A stretch of DNA of 63,907 bases, the filler included, from Octopus bimaculoides (Eukaryota), in the NCBI RefSeq assembly GCF_001194135.2. It is 4 parts of 4 records of this genome, joined end to end, with 100 filler letters (N's around TTAATTAATTAA, not from the genome) between each part and the next. Parts side by side here need not be neighbours in the genome. Positions count along the whole stretch, not along the records: positions 40,759 to 62,777 come from NC_068982.1; positions 62,878 to 63,907 come from NC_068991.1; 2 more parts are not named here. One strand, written 5' to 3'. The position numbers were made by a program, and so were the translations under genes. The notes under the pieces are model-generated. The model saw nothing but the letters and a program-made list of their open reading frames with translations, was not told where the DNA came from and searched no databases. Every line of letters starts with the position of its first letter. Within the stretch, counting starts at the first letter, position 1. This document shows positions 53,381 to 63,907 of the stretch, one piece after another.

Positions 53381-54240
53381 TTGGTTGTAAATTTTCATGT
53401 CTTTTATTCTTAAATTACCCATAAAGGGCCTACAAAGAGGGACAATACACGGACAAACACAAAAAAAGAAAAAAAAACAGTGAAAAAGATAAATTACAAA
53501 ATAAAAAATGAAAAACAAGGAATGAAGCCACTCGATCCCACAATCCGAGCGAATTCATTTAGACTTTTTAACACAAATGAAATAATTTTTTCTTAAAATC
53601 ATTAATAATAATCTCAATGGAATAACTTCAGAGTCTTTTCAAACTAACTTTAACACTTTGGTTTTATCCACGTTACCCTTTTTTTTCTTCGTAGGCAGTT
53701 CTTGGATATCAACTTCCCCTGTGAATCTGGTGAACTTGCTCCCGAATTTCGCCCTCAGCTTATCAGAATTCTCCTTCGACGTAACAGCACATTTTATATG
53801 CGAGTGTACCTCCTCACAGTCCGTAGTGTCCACTTCAACTACACTGTTCAGTTTATTTATTTATTTTTTTCACCGATTCACTTGCGCCACTGTAAAACAT
53901 CATAAGAAGCTTTTCTCGGGGTGGAGGTGGGGAACTTGTGGCACCTCTGTGTCTGCGGTATTGGCATTCATGTCGGGTGGTATGGAGTGAGGGCCGGTGT
54001 CTGTTGGGGGTGGGTAGGGGTAGGGNNNNNNNNNNNNNNNNNNNNNNNNNNNNNNNNNNNNNNNNNNNNNNNNNNNNNNNNNNNNNNNNNNNNNNNNNNN
54101 NNNNNNNNNNNNNNNNNNNNNNNNNNNNNNNNNNNNNNNNNNNNNNNNNNNNNNNNNNNNNNNNGGGACTGAGTTGCGGCTGGGTGGAGGTAGGGTGGGG
54201 GTCAACAATAACAGTTTGAGATTTTTTCCTTTCTCTTCTC
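53381..54240 (-). mobile_element. 3' portion of a second, diverged copy of the ORF1-only element
   Basis: Same Pro-rich linker, C-terminal domain (DCEEVHSHIKCAV..KLRAKFG vs NCEEVPSHVKCAL..KLKENFG) and 3' UTR (ccctctttg..gggtaattt..aagaataaaa.acatgaaaat). Confidence 0.65.
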
Positions 54241-54294
54241 CTATTCTCTCCTATTCTTGACCCTCCCTGTGTAGTATTTCCTTAAATATTTCTC

Positions 54295-54940
54295 GATCAC
54301 ACCAGAAGCTCCAATACGAGCATTTCAGAGTGTTTGAGTGTCAATCTAAGGACAGTGCAATCTAAGGACATGTACCGAGAGTGATAAAAATCAAACACCC
54401 AGTCAACATCATGGTGTTTGGAGTGATCACTAGTGATGGCGACGTTATGCCTCCATTCATCTTCCTACACACTCAACACGGGGGCCTACATCAAGTGCTT
54501 GGAGGAGGTAGTGCTGCCCTGGGTCAAGAGGGTGGCTGCAACAAAGCAACGTAAGCAAAAGAACCCAGTCATGGCTGTCAGATAATTTCTGCGACTACGT
54601 CACCCCTAACATCTGGCCACCTAATTCCTCAGACAGCAACCCCTCCATCATTTATGTGTTGGGTACTGTTGAGCGAGAGACCAATAAAACTCTTTGTAAC
54701 ACCAAAGATGAACTGAAGGCAAGGACTATGGCAGCATTCGCCAACTTAAACATGGAGATCGTCCAGAAGAGTTGCAGGAGATTACGAAGCCGTCTGGAGG
54801 CCGTGGCTGGAGCCAATGGCGATTTTATTGAATAAATTTATAATCTGATATTTCAAAATATTTTTATGTAATTTTGGAAAATATATCTGTTAAAATGAGA
54901 TGTCAATTTTATTTTCATTTTAGCGTAATTTAGACAATTT
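54295..54940 (+). mobile_element. Internally deleted Tc1/maT (DD37D-like) transposon
   Basis: KHPVNIMVFGVITSDGDVMPPFIF, LEEVVLPWVKRVA and WPPNSSDSNP motifs; the 3' end runs into a gap. Confidence 0.8.
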
Positions 54941-55733
54941 NNNNNNNNNNNNNNNNNNNNNNNNNNNNNNNNNNNNNNNNNNNNNNNNNNNNNNNNNNNN
55001 NNNNNNNNNNNNNNNNNNNNNNNNNNNNNNNNNNNNNNNNNNNNNNNNNNNNNNNNNNNNNNNNNNNNNNNNNNNNNNNNNNNNNNNNNNNNNNNNNNNN
55101 NNNNNNNNNNNNNNNNNNNNNNNNNNNNNNNNNNNNNNNNNNNNNNNNNNNNNNNNNNNNNNNNNNNNNNNNNNNNNNNNNNNNNNNNNNNNNNNNNNNN
55201 NNNNNNNNNNNNNNNNNNNNNNNNNNNNNNNNNNNNNNNNNNNNNNNNNNNNNNNNNNNNNNNNNNNNNNNNNNNNNNNNNNNNNNNNNNNNNNNNNNNN
55301 NNNNNNNNNNNNNNNNNNNNNNNNNNNNNNNNNNNNNNNNNNNNNNNNNNNNNNNNNNNNNNNNNNNNNNNNNNNNNNNNNNNNNNNNNNNNNNNNNNNN
55401 NNNNNNNNNNNNNNNNNNNNNNNNNNNNNNNNNNNNNNNNNNNNNNNNNNNNNNNNNNNNNNNNNNNNNNNNNNNNNNNNNNNNNNNNNNNNNNNNNNNN
55501 NNNNNNNNNNNNNNNNNNNNNNNNNNNNNNNNNNNNNNNNNNNNNNNNNNNNNNNNNNNNNNNNNNNNNNNNNNNNNNNNNNNNNNNNNNNNNNNNNNNN
55601 NNNNNNNNNNNNNNNNNNNNNNNNNNNNNNNNNNNNNNNNNNNNNNNNNNNNNNACAACTACCAGCATGTCCACCATATCATCATCAAGGCGGAAAAGAG
55701 AAAGAGAAGAGGGGAAGAGTTAAGGAGAAATAG

Positions 55734-55853
<120 letters not shown>

Positions 55854-56092
55854 TAATTTTCGGATAGAATTCGTGTGAGAGAATGTGCCAAAGCTTTAGA
55901 TTTGGGGTAAAGTTCACTTGACAGACTTCGAAGCAATTTTTGTCTACTATATTTCAGTCACATACCTAAAGTCAACCCGAGGACATGGTAACAGATTTGC
56001 CCAAGGTACTACGCAAAAGGATCGAATCCAAAGCCTTAGAGCCGTGAAGCAAACCTCTTAATCATTTAATCAAGCCTGCGTCCGTACATGCA

Positions 56093-56126
<34 letters not shown>

Positions 56127-56262
56127 CACGCATGCATGCATGCATGCATACATTCTTACATAAAAAGATACATACATACAAATAACCATATATGCATACA
56201 CACATACATACACACATACATACACACATACATACATACATACATACATACATACATACACA

Positions 56263-56477
56263 CGAGGGGAGTGCTGGAAAGTTCCTGGTTTCAAGGGTGT
56301 CGCGAAAGGCTAGGTTAGAGGTACAACCTTCCGAGTTCTTTTATTGGGCTTGGAAAACTGAAGGACCGCTGCAATAGGTGTGTAAAACTGAGAGGGGAAT
56401 GTTGAATAAAATCATAATTAACTTATCCTCCTGTATTTGCTTTTACCCAAAGCTGGAAACTTTTCAGCACCTTCTCG
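56263..56477 (+). mobile_element. Mariner-derived MITE inserted in a (CATA)n tract
   Basis: TIR-like ends cgaggggagtgctggaaagtt / aacttttcagcaccttctcg; internal remnant of a transposase 3' end (aataggtgtgtaaaactgagaggggaatgttgaataa). Confidence 0.7.
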
Positions 56478-56479
56478 TC

Positions 56480-56690
56480 TATATGCGTGTAAATGTCCAG
56501 GTACTTTTTGAAAGTTTCCACATTTACACCTCGCAAATCTATGAAGTTGTTTGGCAGGATGTTAAACAGTTGCAATCCCCTAAAATCTAAGCTTTTACAA
56601 TATTGGGTCCTTATCCGGAATGAAGAAGACGGGATCTTTAGTAATATGCAGTGCCGTCCAGTTCGGTGGTTGGTATAGCTTTTAATTCTA
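56480..56690 (-). mobile_element. CR1 3' coding remnant
   Basis: RIRTQYCKSLDFRGLQLFNILP..LRGVNVETFKKYLD. Confidence 0.65.
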
Positions 56691-56829
56691 TGTATATACA
56701 TGTATAAATATATATACATACATACATACATACATACATACATACATACATACATACATACATACATACATACATGCATACATGCATGCATACATGCATA
56801 CATAAATACATACATACATACATACATAA

Positions 56830-59800
56830 TTTTATAAAATATAACGTGTCTTGAATGGCACAACAATGCAGAGTGGACAACAACTGTTATAATTTAATTA
56901 TCTATAGTCTAATATAATACTAATTTTTTTGGAATACAAAATTTCTTTCTTCAGATATCGAGTCACTGCTATAATCCTTTCTTCTGATATCGAGTCACTG
57001 TTATAATCGGTTTTCTAACGGAATTTTTTTCCCCGGAAGCGTCTCTACAGTAGTCTCACGAAACTCCTTCCAGAATTCCTCATGAGAAATGCGTGAGGGC
57101 AGCCATGTCTCAAGCTCGTGTGTGTAGGCATATCCCCAGCGCTGCTTCTAAGTTATGTATTATACGTGCGGTTTCTTTTTGTTTTCATATAATACATAAA
57201 CATGTTATCAAAAATGAACTTACTTGCATCCAGATGTAGCTAAATAATATATTGATTGCCAACCTCCAGCCTGTTGTTAATTTGGAGCCCTAGTCTGTCT
57301 ATGAGGATAGCTTCTTTAATTCTTAGATTACCAAAATTTCTTTCATTGGACTCAGTTGTGACTCTTATGCTTTTGTCGGTGTTCCGGCATCTGTCTAGAT
57401 GTTTTCTGAAGGAGGAGGCTCTCGTGTTCAGATGTTCTTTGATGCGAATGCAAAACGGTCTTGTTGTGCTACCCACATAGAACTTGTTGCATTTGTTACA
57501 TTGCATTCTATACACAACATTTAACCGTTGTCATAAATCTGTGTCACAGATGAAGCAGTTAGCTAGTGTGCATTGATTGCTGTCCCTTGCTCGTTTCTTT
57601 GCTAGGTGTCTCCTTAGAGAGGGGCCGGAGCGGGCTAGTTGTATGTCTAGTCCTTATCTTCTTATGACTCTTCGGATGGCTGTTGTTATCCTCTTGCTAA
57701 AATGGGGTATTTTAAAGAAGCATGTGTTGCTGGGTTTTCTGTGTGTTCAGCGTATTTGTCGTCTTGGGTACTTAAACCGATTTACAATGGATCTAGGATA
57801 CCCGTTGGTTTTCAATATCTCTAGGAAGCGTGTGGTGCGGGTCACATTGTCCTCTGTCCTGCTACACTTGCTCTGGATGCGTGCAAGTTCATTTCTGGCG
57901 TATCCTATTTTAGCACCGAGTGAAAGGGCTGAACTGTACTGAACAAACATATCTCTAACGGCTACTTTCCTGTAGAACCCGGTGTGGATCTCTCCTTCTT
58001 CAGTTACTTTCAGTTGGAAGTCGCGTAGCGATAGGGATCTAGTATTGTCGGGATGTTCTCTAGTGAAACGTATGTTCATGCTCATGTTGTTGAACGTCGC
58101 GAATATTCTGTCTGCTTCTTCACGGGAGGATGTGAATATGAGGATGTCATCTACGTACCTGATGAAGAAGGCGCATGAGCGGCAGATGTTGAGTGCTCGA
58201 CGTTCCAGATAATTCATATAGGTGATGGCTAGTAGGCCAGAGAGACTGGATCCCACGGGGAGACCTGTTGTCTGTTTGTATATGTGATCATGGAAAGAGA
58301 AGTAGGTGTTGTCCAAGATGATGGACAATAGTTGATGTATATCGGCTGCGGCGAGTCCGAAGCAGTGGATGTCGGACGCTACTATGCAGTCAGTCAATAG
58401 GCTGACCGCCGAGTGTGCTGGTACCGTTGTGTACATTGAGACGACGTCAAGACTAAAGGCATATCTGTTTTGCTTGAGTTGGTTTAGGTGCAGTCGGCGC
58501 ATTCTTTTGATGACTTCGTCGGAGTTCTTCACGTGTCCAGTAAAGGTGGAGAATGAGTTTCAGGATGCGAGAAAGTAGCCAGGATATTTTATATAGAGGT
58601 CCTTCCACGCTGGAGACGATGGGTCTAATCTGGATTGTGTTGCTATCCTTGTGTGTTTTAATGAGGTGATAGAATATGTGTAATCTACTGTTCTTTGTGA
58701 TGAAGTTGTTCTTGTGTTTGCTATGTAGTTGTCTCTGTCTACAAATGTCAGTCCATGCGGTGTTAATTCGGTCTTCAATCCTGGTCGTGGTTGTATCTGT
58801 CACTTCAGAATATAGTCTGTCATTGCTTAAATGTTCTACTGCCAGTTTATCATAAATTTCACAAGAAGTCACGCAGATTTCTTTTCTTTTGTCTGCTGGT
58901 AAGTAGATAAGTTTTTTTGTTGTTTTTGTTTTTTAGTTTTGTCAATGTTTTAAGTCGCGCCTTGGTTAAGTTTGGTATTATTTTCGATTCCTTCCTTAAG
59001 ATGTTGGAGATAGACTGCTTCAGTCTGGATAGTTTGTGGTTGAGTTCTCGGTTAGTCGGGGGTGGGTGGAGTGGGTGATCTAGTTGGTACGTGGGAAATT
59101 TGCCGAGTGTATTGTTGTCGTTCTTCTTTATAACAACAGCCATTTGAGTTGGTAAGCTGTTCTACAAAAGTTGTTTTCCATGTTGAGTTAGATTTCTTCA
59201 TTCGGCTGTTGGCTCAAGATAAATTTAGGACCCAGACTGAGAAGTTCTAGTTCTTCATGGGAGAATGACCCACTCAAGTATGTGACTAGGGATTTCGTTG
59301 CTGATGGTGTGCTGGCGTCCTCGATGTTAGTATTATCTTGTTCGGTGGCCGTGCCCTGTTCATCTGTGTCGATGTAATAGGCCGAGTTGTGGCGATATCT
59401 GGTACAAAGCCACAGGAATTTAAGTTTGAGGCGTTTCTTCTCTTAGTCAACGCAGTGGTGGTAGCATCGGTCAATAGTTGCAGTTGTTCCTTGGTATGTA
59501 GGTTCAGTGGTTGACGTGATGCTGGATATCATTTCAGAGAATTTGTGTATGTGCTCATGGAGTTAGTGGTGTAGATAGTGTACGATTTTTCTGATGACGA
59601 ACGTATGTATGTATTTTAGTGATCGTCGAAGAGTAAGGCTGCAAAAGCACGTGAGAAGATGTATGTTCCTGATGGTGTTGAGAATTATGTTGTTTTATTT
59701 TAGTGTTTAAGAAAGTTTATTTGACATCCGATTTTAGCACTTTCTCCAATAGCTTGATTAACTCCCTAGCGGTTGCGAACTCAGCGTGGCCCAGGTGTAG

Positions 59801-60172
59801 AGATAGGAGAGTATTGTAGTTCGCTTGAAGCATTGTGCATTGTTTGTAAAATATAACGTGTCTTGAATGCCACAACAATGCAGAGTGGACTATAATAACT
59901 GTTATAATTTAATTATCCATAGTCTGATATAATAATATATTTCGGAATACAAAAATTCCTTCTTCAGATATCGCTAGGAATTGATCGAGTCCGGTTTTCC
60001 AACGGTTACTGAAATTTTTTTTTTCCGGAAGCATCTCGACAGTGGTTTCACGAAGCTCCTTCCGGAATTCCTCATGAGAAGTGCGTGTGGGCGACCATGT
60101 CTCAAGCTTGTGTGTGTTGGCACATCTGCAGCACTACTTCAAAGTTATGTATTATACATGCAGTTTCTTTTT
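56830..60172 (-). mobile_element. Full-length Penelope-like element (RT + Cys-rich linker + C-terminal GIY-YIG) with direct pseudo-LTRs
   Basis: Disrupted ORF about 59833 to 57240 (about 860 codons): LLSLGPKF, ADK, FYHLIKTHK..IRPIVS, SLDVVSMYT, YKQTTGLPVGSSLS, RYVDD, FYRK, CxxxxCxxC linker, VYRMQCNKCNKFYVGST..EHL..KHL..EAILI. Repeats at about 56830-57180 and about 59845-60172. The LIKTHK motif and linker suggest Nematis/Neptune-like (tentative). Confidence 0.93.
59926..59972 (-). ncRNA. Type I minimal hammerhead ribozyme in the 5' pseudo-LTR
   Basis: GATAT-CTGAAGA-A-GGAAT ttttgt ATTCC-GAA-ATA tat TAT-T|ATATC: 5-bp stem I, 5-bp stem II, 3-bp stem III, AUU triplet. The counterpart at about 56905-56960 has lost GAAA. 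Confidence 0.7.
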
Positions 60173-60535
60173 NNNNNNNNNNNNNNNNNNNNNNNNNNNN
60201 NNNNNNNNNNNNNNNNNNNNNNNNNNNNNNNNNNNNNNNNNNNNNNNNNNNNNNNNNNNNNNNNNNNNNNNNNNNNNNNNNNNNNNNNNNNNNNNNNNNN
60301 NNNNNNNNNNNNNNNNNNNNNNNNNNNNNNNNNNNNNNNNNNNNNNNNNNNNNNNNNNNNNNNNNNNNNNNNNNNNNNNNNNNNNNNNNNNNNNNNNNNN
60401 NNNNNNNNNNNNNNNNNNNNNNNNNNNNNNNNNNNNNNNNTATCTGTGTGTGTGTGTGTGTGTGTAATGTGTGTGGTGTATGTGTAATGTGTGTGGTGTG
60501 TGTGTAATGTGTGTGGTGTGTGTGTGTGCGTGCGA

Positions 60536-60567
<32 letters not shown>

Positions 60568-60659
60568 CTTTAGCGTTGTGTTTGTCTTCCACCACCGCTT
60601 AACAAACGGTGTTAGTGTGACTTAGCAGTTCGGCAAAAAATCCGATAAAATAAGTACTG

Positions 60660-60900
60660 TGGAAGATCTTCGAGCTCCTTCTTCGATTTCAGTCACCATC
60701 TCGGTGTTGCAGACACAGTTGTTGGTATCTTTCTCAACTGCACGTCACACACTAACCCATGGGATTGCAATCAGAGGAATCAGGAGACCAGAATTTGTGA
60801 CTGGTAAACTCAGAGAAATTTTAAGAAAGACACTTCTGACTTTCTGGAGTTATATGAAGGTCCCGAATCCTGCAGCCACACATATTTTTGTCTACAAAAT
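60660..60900 (-). mobile_element. Tc1/maT transposase C-terminal remnant
   Basis: YVWLQDSGPSYNSRKSQKCLS..FWSPDSSDCNPM..AVEKDTN. Confidence 0.75.
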
Positions 60901-61260
60901 CATTCACAAAGCTTTGGTCGACCGGAGGCTATAGCAGAAGACAATTAAGGCGGCGAGCTGGCAAAATCGTTAGCACGCCGGGCGAAATGCTTAGCGGCAT
61001 TTCGTGCGTCTTCACGTTCTGAGTTCAAATTCCGCCGAGGTTGACTTTGCCTTTCATCCTTTTGGGGTCGATTAAATAAGTACCAGTTATGCACTGGGAT
61101 CGATGTTATCGACTTAATCCCTTCCCCCAAATTTGAGGCCTTGTGCTTCAAGTAGAAACATTATAGTAGAAGACACTTGCCGAAGGTGCACGTAGTGAGG
61201 CTGAACCCGGGAACATGTGGTTGGGAAGCAAACTCCTTACCACACACCCGTGCCTGCGCC
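60900..61260 (-). mobile_element. CORE-type SINE (family B) split by a nested SINE A
   Basis: cacaaagctttggtcgaccggaggctatagcagaagaca [insert] tatagtagaagacacttgccgaagg..gaacccgggaacatgtggttggg. Confidence 0.8.
60944..61161 (+). mobile_element. Full-length SINE family A with 14-bp TSD; central gactttgcctttcatcctttyggggtcgat domain resembles the Meta/MESC SINE domain
   Basis: Flanked by tatagcagaagaca (60930-60943) and tatagtagaagaca (61162-61175); tRNA-like A and B boxes. The Meta-domain assignment is from memory. Confidence 0.9.
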
Positions 61261-61605
61261 TATAATGCATACTCACACATGCACACAGCTAGGTAGCTAT
61301 CTATCTCGATAGGTAGACACGAAGACAAATAGACACAAGCTGATAGGTAGAGAAACAAATAGTATGATGCCGAAGAAGTAGAGATAAATGGAAAGAAAAA
61401 GTTTGATAGAGAGATAAGAGAGAGGAAGAGGAAAGAGAAAGAGGGAGAGAGAGGGGCAGAAAAAGAGAGAAGGGAAGAGGGAGAAAGCAGAAATAGTAGG
61501 CGTGGTAGAAAACCTTAAATGTATTGAGGAATGAATATCATTAATTTTGATACCTTTTAACAATGATGCTGCTTGGGTGAGTGAATGGAGGAGGTAGAAT
61601 GAGAT

Positions 61606-61658
<53 letters not shown>

Positions 61659-61848
61659 GAAGGAGAAGGAGAGATGGAGAGGGAGAGTTGGCGAGAGATA
61701 GATGGATAGATGGAAAGAATAACCAAATCAGATGAAAGAAAATATAACATGGGATAGAAGAAAAAGAAAGTTAAAGAGAAAAACATGAAGAACAAAAAGG
61801 AGAATGAATTGTACGAACGAAATAAAAACTATTGGATTATGTATATAC

Positions 61849-61901
<53 letters not shown>

Positions 61902-62446
61902 ATGTACGTTTATATGTATATATAGGTATATATATAGGTATCTATCTATCTATCTATCTATATGTACGTTTATATGTATATATAGGTATATATTTGTGGT
62001 ATGTGTTAGTATGTGTATGTATGGGTGTGTGTGCGTGCGTGTGCATTTATATATATATGTATATATATATACATACATATATATATATACACATATGTAT
62101 ATATATATANNNNNNNNNNATATATATACACACTTAAAAGCATACACGTATAGGAGAACGCACGTATCAAACACAGAAATATGGAAATATTCATTTATAA
62201 ATTTAAATGCTTAAATGCATATGAATGTATAGACACATATGCCTATAGGTGCAAATGTGTATAAAGGCATGTATACACATACACACATAGAATACATTCA
62301 TAAATATTTGTCTATCAGTGAGTATATATACGTGTATGTGTATGTGTGTGTGTGTGTGTGCGAAAGCGTGCACATGTGTACTTGAATGCATGTACGCACG
62401 TATATATGACGTGCTCTCAGAAAGTAAGACAGAGAGAGGAGGGAGT

Positions 62447-62490
<44 letters not shown>

Positions 62491-62777
62491 CCGAAGCAGA
62501 GAGAGGAAGAGAGAGAGGTACACAGAGACAGAGAGAGAGAGAGAGAGAGAGAACACTGTTAATGGCTATGTTGCAACGCTGCTTTAGTAATCACCGTGAC
62601 AAGTTGAAGACACATGTTTGTAAGTCTAAAAATTACGAGGCTTGACTTGACTACAAACTCCAAGTACAAGGTTTCTGACAGCCGTCGTCATTAATTTGCC
62701 TGAACTATCTCTTGAGATTCGACATAAGTAAACAACAGCTGTAATAAGAAGGAAGACGTTAATATATATATATAAAT

Positions 62778-62877
62778 NNNNNNNNNNNNNNNNNNNNNNN
62801 NNNNNNNNNNNNNNNNNNNNNTTAATTAATTAANNNNNNNNNNNNNNNNNNNNNNNNNNNNNNNNNNNNNNNNNNNN
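62778..62877. other. Artificial scaffold-joining spacer N44-TTAATTAATTAA-N44
   Basis: Same 100-nt construct as the other two. Confidence 0.95.
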
Positions 62878-62917
<40 letters not shown>

Positions 62918-62918
<1 letters not shown>

Positions 62919-63669
62919 GCTTGCGATGGGTAAACTGTCGACGTTTAAATATTTAAATTTTTCCCATGTGCAGTGTTTGTTTTTCATTTCGTCAATGACA
63001 CAGTATAGCAGGGTCAGTTGGTTACCGCTTCTGACAAAAACAGCACAATGATGCCATTCGCTCAGCCAGAAATTTGGAAATGGCATGCTGTACTGCTTGG
63101 CATTCGCACTAGGAGCTCCAATACGGACATTTCTGAGTGCCTGGGTGTTAGCCCGAGGAGAGTGCAATCTGAGGACATGTACCGAGCGTGATAAATATCA
63201 AATATCCAGTCGACGTCATGGTGTTTGGAGTAACCTCTAGGGATGGCGACGTTATGCCTCCTTTCATTTTCTGACACGACCTCAGCCTCAACACGGAAGC
63301 CTATATCGAGTGCCTGCAGGAGGACGTGCTGCCCTGGGTTAAGAGGTTGTCTGGCAACACGACTCTACACCATGCCACCGAAACAGGAGAAGCCAGTCAT
63401 GGCTGTCGGAGAATTTATACGACCACAACACCCTAACATTTGGGCACCTAACTCCCCAGACTGCCTCCCTCTTGATTATTATGTGTGGGGCAAAGTTGAG
63501 CGAGAGGGGTTCCTCGTAACACCAAAGATGAACTAAAGGCAAGGATTACTGCAGTATTCGCCAAATCAACTTAAACATAGAGACTGTCCAGAAGAGCTGC
63601 AAGAGATTCCGGATCTGTTTGGAGGCCGTGGTTGAAGTCAATGGCGATTTTATCGAATGAATTTACTCG

Positions 63670-63670
<1 letters not shown>
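62918..63670 (+). mobile_element. Internally deleted Tc1/maT transposon, same family as 54295-54940
   Basis: 5' end in (TA)n, WAPNSPDCLPLDYYVWGKVE motif, and the same internal junction as the 54.3-kb copy. Confidence 0.8.
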
Positions 63671-63730
<60 letters not shown>

Positions 63731-63742
63731 CATCCATCTATC

Positions 63743-63907
63743 TACGCACCACCTTTAACAGGTAGGCCAGATTTCTTTCGACGTCTAGAAGTATTCCTAG
63801 GAACGTCTCGTCCTTTACTTTTAGTGGGGGATTGGAATGCTACCTTGGACACGCATCTAGACTATGTGGGCAGAGATAGGAATAGACGGGGATGCAAATG
63901 CCTCAAA
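63743..63907 (+). mobile_element. Tx1/L1-clade APE endonuclease fragment (continues past the window end)
   Basis: Open frame YAPPLTGRPDFFRRLEVFLGTSRPLLLVGDWNATLD with YAP and GDWN motifs. Confidence 0.75.

Noticed and set aside
57153-57199. Calling the post-stop hairpin a SECIS element
   Set aside because: The 5' side reads AUGU, not AUGA, and the 3' GA is offset by about 3 nt, so the non-Watson-Crick quartet cannot be built. Kept only as a lead.
56830-60172. Classification as a Naiad PLE
   Set aside because: Naiads have an N-terminal GIY-YIG; here the endonuclease is C-terminal.

Overview
AT-rich, microsatellite-dense animal genomic DNA from a gapped short-read assembly. The repeat families and gene sequences point to an octopus (coleoid cephalopod); this is inference. 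The window is not one contig: three identical artificial spacers (44 N + TTAATTAATTAA + 44 N) split it into segments 1-18302, 18403-40658, 40759-62777 and 62878-63907. Host coding sequence is limited to three exons on the + strand. One is the 93-nt RBFOX RRM exon (5103-5195), which has a TGCATG RBFOX motif in both splice-site regions. The other two are consecutive TPR exons of GTF3C3/TFIIIC102 (24094-24240, 34505-34688). The rest is mobile DNA and simple repeats: several tRNA-derived SINE families, RTE, CR1 and Tx1/L1 LINE remnants, two mariners, maT/DD37D-like derivatives, a MITE, Helentron-like pieces and five or more Penelope-like elements (PLEs), one of them full length with pseudo-LTRs. 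Best leads: (1) an apparently conserved RBFOX autoregulatory exon; (2) hammerhead ribozyme motifs, one with a fully canonical core; (3) a head-to-tail pair of ORF1-only 'half-LINE' elements; (4) an in-frame UGA at a Cys-type position of the full-length PLE (weak); (5) two long, near-perfect palindromes. All element boundaries and identities were estimated by eye and no database searches were run.
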